Assembly (NCBI RefSeq): GCF_055900595.2
Contig: NZ_CM148325.1
Direction: 5' to 3' (one strand)
DNA: 64,000 bases
The first letter of the stretch is position 1. Each line of letters starts with the position of its first letter. A model generated the notes under the pieces. The model worked only from the letters and a program-made list of their open reading frames with translations. It was not told the origin of the DNA and made no database searches. Both the position numbers and the translations under genes were made by a program. Positions 1 to 10,277 of this stretch are shown piece after piece.

Positions 1-57
1 CGTGGTGGCGTTTCTGGTTTCTTTGATGCTACATCGCAAAGGGAAGGGGATGCGCCT

Positions 58-381
58 TTAATTATGCGCCAACTGCCAGACGGTATAGCCAGTAGTTGCA
101 CCGGCGACATCCCAGGTAAAATCTTTCCAGCTCCAGCCGCTCCCCTCGGGGCGGCTATCCCAAAGTTCTTTTGACGCGCCCAGCCCAACAGAGAACATTA
201 GCCCGAAAGTGGCACTGCGATCGCGACTCATCCCCTGATGCTGTGAATATTCATTTCCGGCAGCGGAAAGCATCGCCGAGGCGATAAAGTGTTGAGCTTT
301 ATCCTGCCCGCTCCAGCTATCGTTAGCCATATGGCTGCATCCAGAAAGTAACAATAGCGAACAGACAAAAAGAATACGCAA
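58..381 (-). CDS. yfiM: Putative lipoprotein YfiM (107 aa) with lipobox-like N-terminus (LLLLSGC)
   Basis: ORF of expected length; signal peptide plus Cys lipobox; position next to pssA as in E. coli. Confidence 0.8.
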   Translation of the reverse strand: MRILFVCSLLLLSGCSHMANDSWSGQDKAQHFIASAMLSAAGNEYSQHQGMSRDRSATFGLMFSVGLGASKELWDSRPEGSGWSWKDFTWDVAGATTGYTVWQLAHN

Positions 382-425
382 AACGTGGCCTCCAAAAACA
401 AACCCCGTACAGGACGGGGTTGTGA

Positions 426-1781
426 TTACAGGATGCGGCTAATTAATCGGTCGATGCGGATACGGCGCAAACGGCGAATGAGTTTACGAACCTTCACCGG
501 ATAATCGGCAATACTTTGCAGATCGCGATAGTGCTTAACGATGGTGGTATGCTCGCGGATCAGCTCCAGTTCTTTCTCTCGCTGTGGCGCAAGCTCCAGT
601 TGCGGATCGTGAATCAAAATGGCGTTTTCCAGATCCAGACGCCAGGCGCGTGGGTTCAGGTTATTGCCGGTGATCAGCATCCACTTATCATCAACCCACA
701 TCCCTTTCAGGTGATAGGTGTTGTCGTCGTCTTTCCATAACCGAACCACTAACTGGTCAGTGTTGACGTAATACTGTAAACGGCTCAGGAAACGACGCAG
801 ATTGATCTCATAGAGATAAGGCAATGCGCCAATTATCTTGAAAGGTTCATCTTCCGGAATGTAGAAGTCATTCGCGGTTTTATCACCAACAATAATTTCG
901 ACCTTTTTCCCTTCGCGCAGCAACTGGATGATATTGCGCACAAGGATTGCTGGCAGGTTGAAGTATGGCGTACAGATGGTTAGTTTCTGCTCGGCACAAG
1001 GCATAAGGTGGAAAATGGTCTTGTTCAACAGACTCGATTTCCCCAGACCTACCAACGGCGTTACGGAAAGCTGATCGTTGTCAGCATCGCCCTGGAAATG
1101 ATAAGCGGCATCACGCAGCTCCTGGCGGAACAGACGAATATCGTTCTTGATTTCCGGGCTTTTTGGCCGATTAACATCATCCAGACGATTAACGCCGCGG
1201 CCATTCATAATATTCTGTGTAACCCATTCAAACATAATGTCTGACATCTTACGGTTACGGATCAGATGATAACGGTCGTAGCGATATTTATCGTGCTGAT
1301 GCAGGTAAACATCGTTCAGGCTGGCACCGCTATAAAGTACGCTATCGTCGATGATAAAGCCTTTAAAGTGCAGAACACCAAGGGCCTCACGGGTATTGAT
1401 TGGAACGCCATAAACTGGAACATCTACGCCCGGATTTTCCTGTGCCATGCGGCAGTACCAGTCAGCGTTAGTGTTAGATGCCGCAGCGCCAATGCGTCCA
1501 CGTTGTGCACGATGCCAGTCGACCAGCACCCGTACATCCAGTTCCGGACGCTGCCTTTTAGCCTCATACAACGCGTTCAGAATGCCTTTGCCACCGTCAT
1601 CCTGTTCGAGATACAGGGCGACAATGCAAATGCGCTGCTTCGCGCTGGCTATTTTTTCCAGCAGCGTCTCCCGGAAGTCGGCGGGAGCGTAAAAGAAATC
1701 GACATCATCAACTGATTGAGAAATCTTGGGTAGTTGGGCAAGGTGTTGTTGATGTTTATTACGCTTAAATTTTGACAACAT
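426..1781 (-). CDS. pssA: Phosphatidylserine synthase (CDP-diacylglycerol--serine O-phosphatidyltransferase), PLD-like
   Basis: 451-aa product from second Met; two HKD-type motifs ([18 protein letters not shown]); synteny. Confidence 0.93.
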   Translation of the reverse strand: MLSKFKRNKHQQHLAQLPKISQSVDDVDFFYAPADFRETLLEKIASAKQRICIVALYLEQDDGGKGILNALYEAKRQRPELDVRVLVDWHRAQRGRIGAAASNTNADWYCRMAQENPGVDVPVYGVPINTREALGVLHFKGFIIDDSVLYSGASLNDVYLHQHDKYRYDRYHLIRNRKMSDIMFEWVTQNIMNGRGVNRLDDVNRPKSPEIKNDIRLFRQELRDAAYHFQGDADNDQLSVTPLVGLGKSSLLNKTIFHLMPCAEQKLTICTPYFNLPAILVRNIIQLLREGKKVEIIVGDKTANDFYIPEDEPFKIIGALPYLYEINLRRFLSRLQYYVNTDQLVVRLWKDDDNTYHLKGMWVDDKWMLITGNNLNPRAWRLDLENAILIHDPQLELAPQREKELELIREHTTIVKHYRDLQSIADYPVKVRKLIRRLRRIRIDRLISRIL

Positions 1782-1894
1782 CACAGTGCATTTCTTCTCT
1801 GTTCATTGAAGGGTCCTCTGTGCAATGCAGACGACATAAGCGGGCAATAATAACACCAGTCCCGATTAAGTGGTCAACATTTCCAGTACCTTAC

Positions 1895-4555
1895 TCATGA
1901 TTCCTCGCGCTGGGCAAGATTTAGCGTAAGCCCAACGATCCCCTCTTCGAGCTGGATATCAACGTTAAACCCGAGCTTGCGGGCCAGCGCCACCATGCCA
2001 CGATTGTTTGGCATCGTAATACCATTCAGACGTTGCAGTCCGTGATCTCGCGTATAGGTAATCAACTTTTCCATTAAGCGTCGACCTAAGCCTAACCCTT
2101 TGAGATCCGAGCGAACCAGCACGGCAAATTCGGCATCGATGTTATCAGGATCGGAGATCGCACGCGTGACGCCGAGGATCTCTTCCGTTTGATCAATACG
2201 TCGTACCGCTACAAACGCCATTTCCCGATCGTAGTCGATCTGCGTCATGTTGGCTAAATCTTCATGGGTAAATTCGTTGATCTCGCTAAAGTAGCGGTAA
2301 TAAAGATCTTCTTTGGTGACTCGCGAAATGAATTGCTGAAGCTGTGGCTCATCTTCCGGCAAAATCGGGCGGAACAAGCAACGTTCGCCGTTTTTCAATT
2401 CTACCCATTCTTCCAGCTGATGAGGATAAGGGCGCACAGCCAGGCGACTCTCGTTATCGCCTTCAAACGGAGCGATATCCAGCGTGACATCAAGCGCGGT
2501 AAATTCATTGCCGGAAGCCAGCAAAGGATGAATATCCAGCCTCTGAATCTCCGGACAATCAACAATCAAGTTAGAAACCTGCACCAGTAACTGGCTTAAT
2601 CCCGCCACATCCAGCGGGCGTAGCGCACTACGCGCACGAATCTTTTTACTTTTGATCCCCTGAATGACCAGATAACGTGCCAGGTTCATGTTCAGCGGCG
2701 GTAGTGCGACGACGGCTTGATCTTCAGGACGCCACTCCACACCGCCTTCGCCCAGCATGATCAACGGTCCGAAAACCGGATCGTGCTCAACCACTACTCG
2801 CAACTCCTGAGCGCCAGCACGGTTAGCCATACTTTGTACCAGCAGGCCGTGGATACTCGCCTGCGGCCAGGCCATTTTTACGCGATCGAAAATAGCATTT
2901 GCGGCTTGCTGGACTTCATTGGCTGTACGCAAGTAGAGCATGACGCCCTGAACTTCTGATTTATGTGGAATATCCGGCGAGCGTAATTTTAGTGCCACCG
3001 GATAACCAATCTGTTCGGCAATATGCACAGCCTCGGTGCTGTCAGTGGCAATCCAGGTGGGGAGTGTGTTCATGCCGTACGCTTGCAGGATAGGCTGAAC
3101 TTCATGGGTATCGAGCGACGTTGCCCCTTCGACAATGGCCTGTTGCAACAGAAGATGCGCTTCTGCGGTATTAGAGGTCAGATTGCTGGGCAACGCCGGC
3201 GTTTCGCGTAGTTGCTTCTGATTACGCCGGTACTCCACCATATGCATAAAAGCGGTGATGGTTCCTTCCGGGGTGCGGTAGGTCGGCAGCCCGGCTTCGC
3301 TGAATAAACGTCGTGCCTCTTGCGAGGAGTGCTCGCCGCACCAGTTCGTCAGCAGAGAAACATACTTGCTGCGGGGATGATGCTTTACCGCTTCAATTAA
3401 TGCATGTGCGCTTTCTGTTGCGGGGGCAGCGGCGCTGGGCGAATGAATAACCATCAGCGCATCAAAATCCTGACTGTGGAGCAGAATATCCAGCGTTTTA
3501 ATATAATGCTCACTACTGGCGTCATCACGAAGATCGAGCGGGTTAGAGATTGCCACATGTTCTGGCAGTGCATCGCGCAATTTTTGGCAGGTTTCTTCAC
3601 TGAGCGTAGCCAGCTTGCCATTGCGTGACCATAAGGCATCCAGCGCCAGTGCGGCAGGTGCTGCACCGTTGCTGATAATCATCAGCCGCTCTCCACGTAG
3701 CGGGCGCATATGGCTAAGGGTTTCGACTGCCGAAAACAGCTCGTGGGTATCCTGTACTCGCAACAAACCGGCGCGCTGAATAGCTGCATCCCAAGCAGGA
3801 TCCATTCCTGCCGTGGTGTTCAGTAGTCGTTGCGCCGCCGGGCTACGTCCACTTTTAATCACCAGAATCGGTTTATTACGTGAGGCGCTACGTGCAGCCG
3901 AAACAAAACGTCGCGCATCACTTAATTGTTCGAGGTAGAGCAGGATTGCACTGGTTTTGCTGTCGCGCGCCAGATAATCGAGCAATTCATCAACGTCGAT
4001 ATCCAGGCTGTCGCCGAGAGCAATAAAGTAGGAAAAGCCCATTTCCCGCTGTTGTGCCCAGTCGAGGATGGTATTGGAGACGGCGGCAGACTGCGAAATA
4101 AACGCCAGTTTGCCGCGTTTAATCGGTACCGGCGAAAAGCTGGCATTCAGGCCTTGCCAGGGGGCCAGTAATCCCAGACTGTTTGGCCCCAGCAGACGCA
4201 TGTTATGGCGCAGGGCGCAGGCACGGAGATCTTCGTGCTGCGATGCCGGGGCGGAAAGAATAATGCAGGTTTTACAGCCTTTCTCGCCGAGCTCTTCCAG
4301 AAGAGTAAGATTGCGGCTGGCATTGGTACATAAAACCGCAAGATCGGGTGTAAAGGGCAGGCTGGCAATATCCGGCCAGGCCAACACACCCAACACCGCT
4401 TTCCAGGCAGGCGTCACCGGGAGTACCGGCCCGTTAAATCCCCCCGCCAGCAGGTTACGCATCATCAGATAACCTGCGCGATTGGGTTTCATCGATGCGC
4501 CAATTACCGCAATCGATTTTGGTCGCAGTAATGCTTCCAGTCCTCGCTGACTCAT
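1895..4555 (-). CDS. patZ: Protein lysine acetyltransferase PatZ/Pka (acyl-CoA synthetase-like N-terminal region plus C-terminal GNAT domain)
   Basis: 886-aa ORF; CoA-binding/ATP-grasp-like N-terminal region and GNAT-like C-terminus; synteny with pssA. Confidence 0.9.
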   Translation of the reverse strand: MSQRGLEALLRPKSIAVIGASMKPNRAGYLMMRNLLAGGFNGPVLPVTPAWKAVLGVLAWPDIASLPFTPDLAVLCTNASRNLTLLEELGEKGCKTCIILSAPASQHEDLRACALRHNMRLLGPNSLGLLAPWQGLNASFSPVPIKRGKLAFISQSAAVSNTILDWAQQREMGFSYFIALGDSLDIDVDELLDYLARDSKTSAILLYLEQLSDARRFVSAARSASRNKPILVIKSGRSPAAQRLLNTTAGMDPAWDAAIQRAGLLRVQDTHELFSAVETLSHMRPLRGERLMIISNGAAPAALALDALWSRNGKLATLSEETCQKLRDALPEHVAISNPLDLRDDASSEHYIKTLDILLHSQDFDALMVIHSPSAAAPATESAHALIEAVKHHPRSKYVSLLTNWCGEHSSQEARRLFSEAGLPTYRTPEGTITAFMHMVEYRRNQKQLRETPALPSNLTSNTAEAHLLLQQAIVEGATSLDTHEVQPILQAYGMNTLPTWIATDSTEAVHIAEQIGYPVALKLRSPDIPHKSEVQGVMLYLRTANEVQQAANAIFDRVKMAWPQASIHGLLVQSMANRAGAQELRVVVEHDPVFGPLIMLGEGGVEWRPEDQAVVALPPLNMNLARYLVIQGIKSKKIRARSALRPLDVAGLSQLLVQVSNLIVDCPEIQRLDIHPLLASGNEFTALDVTLDIAPFEGDNESRLAVRPYPHQLEEWVELKNGERCLFRPILPEDEPQLQQFISRVTKEDLYYRYFSEINEFTHEDLANMTQIDYDREMAFVAVRRIDQTEEILGVTRAISDPDNIDAEFAVLVRSDLKGLGLGRRLMEKLITYTRDHGLQRLNGITMPNNRGMVALARKLGFNVDIQLEEGIVGLTLNLAQREES

Positions 4556-4586
4556 ATCGGTCTCCCGCAGAAGTGACCGAATGATT

Positions 4587-5285
4587 TTAAACGCTTTCTA
4601 ACTGTTCTGCTGTGATGCTACCCAGATGTTGCGTTTTTCCTGCCAGATAGCGTGTTTTAAAGCGGGTGAAATGCTCGCCTAGACCTGCCGCCGCTTCGGT
4701 ATCGCCGGCCATATCTAACAGTGCGATGGCAACTTCGGCAGTGCAGTATTGGCCTTCAGCCTGGGCTTCACGCAGGCGATAGGCAGATAGCCGGGAAAGA
4801 TCGACGGAAATGACGGGAAGATTATCCAGATAAGGACTTTTACGAAACATCTTGCGAGCTTCCGGCCAGGTACCATCGAGCATGATAAACAGCGGTGGCT
4901 TACCAGCAGGTGGTGTAAAAATCACTTCCCGTTGTTCATTAGCATATGAGGCAGGGAAGACCACCATCGGTTGATAATCCGGGTTTTGTACCAGAGCTAG
5001 CAAATCCTGCGAGGGTTCGGTACGGGACCATTGAAACGCGACGGTATTTGGCAAGATATCGGCAATCAGACGCCCGGTGTTACTGGGCTTCATTGGCTCG
5101 GTGTCGAACATCAGCAAACAAAAGCGACTTTTAGCTTCCGCTGGAGTAATTGTCGAACAGAGACATAATTTCTCTGGCAAAAGACAGCGTTGGCAGCGAC
5201 GAACGCGATTACCGCGGGCAAGAAAAGGACGTGTTGCGCGCGCAATACGCTCGGCGCGTAACTGGAGAACAACGTTTTCGGTCAT
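4587..5285 (-). CDS. tapT: DTW-domain tRNA-uridine aminocarboxypropyltransferase (YfiP/TapT)
   Basis: 232 aa from internal Met (MTENVVLQ...); DGTW motif; six-frame ORF has 22-codon N-terminal extension judged non-coding. Confidence 0.8.
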   Translation of the reverse strand: MTENVVLQLRAERIARATRPFLARGNRVRRCQRCLLPEKLCLCSTITPAEAKSRFCLLMFDTEPMKPSNTGRLIADILPNTVAFQWSRTEPSQDLLALVQNPDYQPMVVFPASYANEQREVIFTPPAGKPPLFIMLDGTWPEARKMFRKSPYLDNLPVISVDLSRLSAYRLREAQAEGQYCTAEVAIALLDMAGDTEAAAGLGEHFTRFKTRYLAGKTQHLGSITAEQLESV

Positions 5286-5353
5286 AAGAGAGCGTCGAAA
5301 AAACGCCATTGTCGCAGAGGAGAAAACGGGGCACAAGATGCACCCCGACAAGA

Positions 5354-5773
5354 TTAAAGCGATTCGTTCAGCCAGCTATCGAAAGGTGCTTTTGGTACTG
5401 CGCCATTAAGCATGTCGACAACCTGACCGTTTTTGAAAATCATGATTGTCGGAATGCTACGAATACCAAAGCGGCTGCTTAATTCACGTTCAGCTTCGGT
5501 ATTCACTTTCACAAAGCGCACTTTACCGCTACGCTCTTGCGCAACATCTTCAAAAATTGGTGCGAAATTACGGCAGGGGCCGCACCACGGCGCCCAGAAG
5601 TCGATCACCACAGGCAGATCATCTTTCAGCAATTTGTCGAGCATTTCACCGGTCGCATTAATCACCTCTCCGTCAAACAAGTCGTGACCGCAGCGTCCGC
5701 ATTTTGCCGCATCTTCGAGCCGATCGTCGGGAATGCGATTGATGGCCTGACAATGGGTACAAACGGTATTCAT
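5354..5773 (-). CDS. trxC: Thioredoxin 2 (N-terminal zinc-binding CxxC pairs plus WCGPC active site)
   Basis: 139 aa; CTHC...CGRC N-terminal motifs and WAPWCGPC redox site. Confidence 0.95.
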   Translation of the reverse strand: MNTVCTHCQAINRIPDDRLEDAAKCGRCGHDLFDGEVINATGEMLDKLLKDDLPVVIDFWAPWCGPCRNFAPIFEDVAQERSGKVRFVKVNTEAERELSSRFGIRSIPTIMIFKNGQVVDMLNGAVPKAPFDSWLNESL

Positions 5774-5979
5774 AACTAACCTCGGGATGAGTAAGGAGAC
5801 TTATCGGCAACGACGCCGGTATGTTTCTAATATGTTACATATTATCGGGGACATTGTTCCAGACAACAATCTGTTTTATTCAATAGGTATGATAGTCGCA
5901 GGCTTTGGTACGAAATCATGGCGAACCGCGCGCACTTCGGGTAATCTGCGCGCTTCGCGCAGCGCTGGTGGAGAAAAGC

Positions 5980-7017
5980 ATGAACGATGAGATGAAAGGT
6001 AAAAGCGGCAAGGTCAAAGTGATGTATGTCCGCAGTGATGATGATTCTGATAAACGTACCCATAACCCGCGTACCGGGAAAGGGGGCGGGCGTCCAGGAA
6101 AATCTCGTGCCGACGGTGGCCGTCGCCCCGCCCGCGATGACAAACAAAGTCAGCCCCGTGACCGCAAGTGGGAAGAGTCTCCGTGGCGCACGGTTTCCCG
6201 CGCGCCGGGTGATGAGACGCCGGAAAAGGCCGATCACGGTGGCATCAGTGGTAAAAGTTTTATTGATCCGGAAGTTTTGCGTCGTCAGCGTGCGGAAGAA
6301 ACCCGCGTCTACGGCGAAAACGCCTGTCAGGCACTGTTCCAGAGCCGCCCCGAAGCGATTGTTCGCGCTTGGTTTATTCAGAGCGTAACGCCACGTTTTA
6401 AAGAAGCATTGCGCTGGATGGCGGCAAACCGCAAAGCGTATCATGTGGTGGATGAAGCGGAACTGACCAAAGCGTCAGGCACGGAACATCACGGCGGCGT
6501 TTGCTTCCTGATCAAAAAGCGTAACGGTACAACCGTGCAGCAGTGGGTAAGTCAGGCAGGTGCGCAGGATTGTGTACTGGCACTGGAAAACGAATCTAAC
6601 CCGCATAACCTGGGCGGCATGATGCGCAGTTGCGCACACTTCGGCGTGAAAGGCGTTGTGGTGCAGGATGCGGCGTTGCTGGAATCCGGTGCGGCTATCC
6701 GTACCGCAGAAGGCGGTGCAGAGCATGTCCAGCCGATTACTGGCGACAACATTGTTAACGTGCTGGATGACTTCCGTCAGGCGGGTTACACCGTAGTGAC
6801 CACTTCCAGCGAGCAGGGTAAACCGCTGTTCAAAACCAGTCTGCCAGAGAAAATGGTGCTAGTGCTGGGTCAGGAATATGAAGGGTTACCGGATGCCGCA
6901 CGCGATCCGAACGATTTGCGCGTGAAGATTGACGGAACTGGCAATGTTGCCGGGCTGAATATCTCTGTTGCAACCGGCGTTTTGCTTGGCGAATGGTGGC
7001 GTCAGAACAAAGCCTGA
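5980..7017 (+). CDS. yfiF: SpoU/TrmH-family RNA 2'-O-methyltransferase YfiF with basic N-terminal extension
   Basis: 345 aa from Met at 5980; Lys/Arg-rich N-terminus, SpoU-type C-terminal domain; synteny. Confidence 0.85.
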   Translation: MNDEMKGKSGKVKVMYVRSDDDSDKRTHNPRTGKGGGRPGKSRADGGRRPARDDKQSQPRDRKWEESPWRTVSRAPGDETPEKADHGGISGKSFIDPEVLRRQRAEETRVYGENACQALFQSRPEAIVRAWFIQSVTPRFKEALRWMAANRKAYHVVDEAELTKASGTEHHGGVCFLIKKRNGTTVQQWVSQAGAQDCVLALENESNPHNLGGMMRSCAHFGVKGVVVQDAALLESGAAIRTAEGGAEHVQPITGDNIVNVLDDFRQAGYTVVTTSSEQGKPLFKTSLPEKMVLVLGQEYEGLPDAARDPNDLRVKIDGTGNVAGLNISVATGVLLGEWWRQNKA

Positions 7018-7064
7018 TAAATCAGCCGGGTGGCAATTCTGCCATCCGGCGTTTTCCCTCAAAT

Positions 7065-7754
7065 TTACTCACTCTCTGCCGGTAATACTGGCATCCAGTC
7101 AATCGGTTTCTCGCCACGTTGTTCCAGCCACTGATTTGCCAGCACAAAATGATTGCAGCCAAAGAATCCACGATGTGCAGAAAGCGGCGATGGATGCGGC
7201 GCTTTCAGTACGTGATGGCGTTGCTTATCTATAATCGCTCCTTTCTTTTGCGCATGTGATCCCCACAACAAAAACACCACGCCTTCGCGGTGCTGGTTAA
7301 TCAGGCTGATGACTTTGTCGGTGAAGGTCTCCCAACCGAGGCTGGCGTGGGAATGCGCCTGACCTGCGCGAACCGTCAAGACGGTATTGAGCAGCAGAAC
7401 GCCCTGACGCGCCCAGCTTTCAAGATAACCATGATTAGGGCGGGTGAAGCCGGGAATAGTATTTTCGAGCTCTTTATACATATTCAGCAGTGACGGCGGT
7501 GTCGCAATGCCGGGGCGAACGGAAAATGCCAGACCATGCGCCTGTCCCGGTCCGTGATAAGGATCCTGACCGAGGATCACCACTTTAACGTCACCCAACT
7601 CTGTAAAGCGGAAGGCGTTAAAGACATCTTTTTGTGGTGGATAGATAGTGACGCCGGACTGCCGCTCGCTGGCGACGGTCTGAAGGGTATTAAGAAAATA
7701 GGGTTGCTGCTTCTCTTCAGCCAGCACATCATGCCAGGTTAATTCGTTAGCCAT
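7065..7754 (-). CDS. ung: Uracil-DNA glycosylase
   Basis: 229 aa; conserved GQDPYH active-site motif. Confidence 0.96.
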   Translation of the reverse strand: MANELTWHDVLAEEKQQPYFLNTLQTVASERQSGVTIYPPQKDVFNAFRFTELGDVKVVILGQDPYHGPGQAHGLAFSVRPGIATPPSLLNMYKELENTIPGFTRPNHGYLESWARQGVLLLNTVLTVRAGQAHSHASLGWETFTDKVISLINQHREGVVFLLWGSHAQKKGAIIDKQRHHVLKAPHPSPLSAHRGFFGCNHFVLANQWLEQRGEKPIDWMPVLPAESE

Positions 7755-7884
7755 CTCGCTCTCCTGCGAATCTTCAATCCGCCTAGCTTAACTGCTTCTT
7801 TCTACAGAACAAAACCAAGCTCATTTTTTAGACTTTAATGAGTGCAAAAAAATGTAAATTGGTAAAATTTCACACCCGTATAAG

Positions 7885-7951
7885 TTGATGTAAAACAATA
7901 AAATCCATTTGCGAGCACACTTGATGCGTGGTTTTTATTGATTTAAATCAA
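7885..7951 (+). promoter_or_regulatory. grcA promoter region with two FNR/CRP-type boxes: TTGAT-gtaa-AACAA (7885..7898) and perfect TTGAT-ttaa-ATCAA (7938..7951)
   Basis: Sequence match to FNR consensus TTGAT-N4-ATCAA; centres 53 bp apart as described for the yfiD/grcA promoter. Confidence 0.7.
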
Positions 7952-8058
7952 AGAATCAAGGGTGTTTGAGGAGTATATATACACTCAAGCAACAATGGTT
8001 TTACCAATTGGCCGCGACAGGCTAAACAAATCAAATAATTTTGCCGGGGAGGCATCAC

Positions 8059-8442
8059 ATGATTACAGGTATCCAGATTACTAAAGCTGCTAATGACGAT
8101 CTGCTGAACTCTTTCTGGCTGCTGGACAGCGAAAAAGGCGAAGCGCGTTGCATCGTTGCGAAAGCAGGTTTTGCAGAAGACGAAGTGGTTGCAGTAAGCA
8201 AACTGGGTGACATTGAATACCGTGAAGTTCCAGTAGAAGTTAAACCAGAAGTTCGCGTTGAAGGTGGTCAGCACCTGAACGTAAACGTTCTGCGTCGTGA
8301 AACTCTGGAAGATGCAGTTAAGCATCCGGAAAAATATCCGCAGCTGACCATCCGTGTATCCGGTTATGCAGTTCGCTTTAACTCTCTGACTCCGGAACAG
8401 CAGCGCGATGTTATCGCTCGTACCTTTACTGAAAGCCTGTAA
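8059..8442 (+). CDS. grcA: Autonomous glycyl radical cofactor GrcA (YfiD)
   Basis: 127 aa; C-terminal glycyl-radical motif RVSGYAV; strong similarity to PflB C-terminus. Confidence 0.95.
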
Positions 8443-8463
8443 GGTTTAAGTAGCAAGTTACTA

Positions 8464-8495
8464 AGCGGAAGAGGGCGACCTCTTCCGCTTTTTTT
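8464..8495. terminator. Bidirectional rho-independent terminator between grcA and eamB
   Basis: GC-rich hairpin AGCGGAAGAGG-n-CCTCTTCCGCT followed by T7 run. Confidence 0.75.
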
Positions 8496-8497
8496 CA

Positions 8498-9085
8498 TTA
8501 ACAGAAAATGCGCACCGCGCAATAGACCAGCAACAACGCCAGCACGATATTTAACTGGCGACCATACTGGCGAAACAATCGCTGAAACAGGTGCCCCGCC
8601 AGCGCCCAGCACACATTGCCAAAGGTCCCAATCATTGCCAGCAAAACGCTGACGCCAATCACCCAGCTTAACGCCTGCGTTTGTGGCAGGACAAATGTCG
8701 ACAGTGCTGTAATGCCGTACAAAATAATTTTGACGTTCACAAACTGCAAAGCAAAGCTGGCCCAAAAGCTGATCGGTTTGGCCTGAAGTCCGTCTTCCTT
8801 GGTTGGACTGGTAGCGATTTTCCACGCCAGCCAGACAATATATGCTGCTCCTGCCCAACTCAAAAGGTGCACCGCTGCCGGGTCGATAACAGCCAGTGAA
8901 AATGAAATTCCTGCACACAGTAACATCACAATCAAAAATCCCAGACTCATCCCTGCCAGCACGCGGGTACTCCGACGAAATCCATGCGACGTGGCAGAGC
9001 TAAGAGCGAGTATATTGTTTGGTCCTGGCGTCAGGGCGGTAATCAGGGTGTAGGTCCAAAAAGCACTTAAAAGGGTCGGTGTCAC
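8498..9085 (-). CDS. eamB: LysE/RhtB-family cysteine/O-acetylserine exporter EamB (YfiK)
   Basis: 195 aa multi-pass hydrophobic protein; synteny. Confidence 0.85.
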   Translation of the reverse strand: MTPTLLSAFWTYTLITALTPGPNNILALSSATSHGFRRSTRVLAGMSLGFLIVMLLCAGISFSLAVIDPAAVHLLSWAGAAYIVWLAWKIATSPTKEDGLQAKPISFWASFALQFVNVKIILYGITALSTFVLPQTQALSWVIGVSVLLAMIGTFGNVCWALAGHLFQRLFRQYGRQLNIVLALLLVYCAVRIFC

Positions 9086-9187
9086 TTGTTATCTCCTCTG
9101 TTTTGGTAGACAGTACCCGACACGAAACATTTAAAAAAATGAATGTTTTCACATTCTAAATTCGATATTTTCGATAGGTTTGGAGTT

Positions 9188-10069
9188 ATGGATCTGCGCC
9201 GTTTTATTACGCTTAAAACCGTGGTGGAAGAGGGTTCCTTTTTGCGAGCTTCGCAAAAATTGTGTTGCACACAATCGACGGTGACTTTTCATATTCAGCA
9301 GCTTGAACAGGAGTTCTCAGTACAATTGTTTGAGAAAATTGGCCGACGGATGTGCCTCACTCGCGAAGGCAAAAAGTTGCTGCCGCACATCTATGAACTC
9401 ACCAGAGTGATGGATACGCTTCGTGAGGCTGCCAAAAAAGAGTCTGATCCGGACGGAGAACTGCGCGTTGTTTCAGGCGAAACGCTGCTCTCTTACCGAA
9501 TGCCGCAGGTGTTGCAGCGTTTTCGGCAACGTGCACCAAAAGTGCGTTTATCACTGCAGTCGCTGAACTGTTACGTGATCCGTGATGCTCTACTGAATGA
9601 TGAGGCCGATGTCGGTGTTTTTTATCGCGTAGGAAATGATGATGCTCTGAATCGACGAGAATTGGGTGAACAATCGCTGGTGCTGGTGGCTTCACCGCAA
9701 ATTGCAGATGTCGATTTTACTCAGCCTGGAAGACATAACGCCTGTAGCTTTATTATCAACGAACCACAATGTGTCTTCCGGCAGATATTTGAGAGCACGC
9801 TGCGCCAGCGGCGGATCACGGTGGAAAATACCATTGAGCTTATAAGCATTGAAAGCATCAAGCGTTGTGTCGCGGCGAATATCGGGGTCAGTTACCTGCC
9901 GCGCTTTGCAGTGGCAAATGAACTTGCGAGTGGCGAATTAATCGAATTGCCTTTTGGCGAACAGTCGCAGACCATTACGGCAATGTGCGCTCACCATGCC
10001 GGGAAAGCGGTTAGCCCGGCGATGCACACTTTTATTCAGTGTGTTGAAGAGTGTTTTTTGCCGGGATAA
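9188..10069 (+). CDS. yfiE: LysR-family transcriptional regulator YfiE
   Basis: 293 aa from Met at 9188; N-terminal LysR HTH (MDLRRFITLKTVVEEGSFLRASQKL). Confidence 0.85.
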   Translation: MDLRRFITLKTVVEEGSFLRASQKLCCTQSTVTFHIQQLEQEFSVQLFEKIGRRMCLTREGKKLLPHIYELTRVMDTLREAAKKESDPDGELRVVSGETLLSYRMPQVLQRFRQRAPKVRLSLQSLNCYVIRDALLNDEADVGVFYRVGNDDALNRRELGEQSLVLVASPQIADVDFTQPGRHNACSFIINEPQCVFRQIFESTLRQRRITVENTIELISIESIKRCVAANIGVSYLPRFAVANELASGELIELPFGEQSQTITAMCAHHAGKAVSPAMHTFIQCVEECFLPG

Positions 10070-10120
10070 AAATAATGCCGGGCTTAAACCCGGCACCTAA
10101 CTTGTCGACGAAGTGCGTTT

Positions 10121-10238
10121 TGTTCATGCCGGATGCGGCGTGAACGCCTTATCCGGCCTACAAGATCGTGCAAATTCAATATATTGCATGAGCCATGTAG
10201 GCCTGATAAGCGTAGAGCATCAGGCAGTTTTGCGTTTG
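10121..10238. repeat. REP/BIME (RIP-like) element: two inverted REP palindromes flanking an AT-rich spacer
   Basis: GCCGGATGCGGCGTGAACGCCTTATCCGGCCTACA ... GTAGGCCTGATAAGCGTAGAGCATCAGGCA; near-identical copy at 41201..41318. Confidence 0.85.
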
Positions 10239-10277
10239 CCAGCACTTTTAATTCCGGGCTTAAACCCGGAATTAAGA

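Noticed and set aside
5842-6444. 200-aa minus-strand ORF, plus several small ORFs (5916..6143, 6026..6388), overlapping yfiF
   Set aside because: Overlap the Lys/Arg-rich 5' region of yfiF in other frames; the composition bias of that region creates open frames on both strands.
8364-8918. 184-aa minus-strand ORF overlapping eamB and the grcA terminator
   Set aside because: Alternative frame of eamB that runs through a rho-independent terminator; not plausible as a gene.
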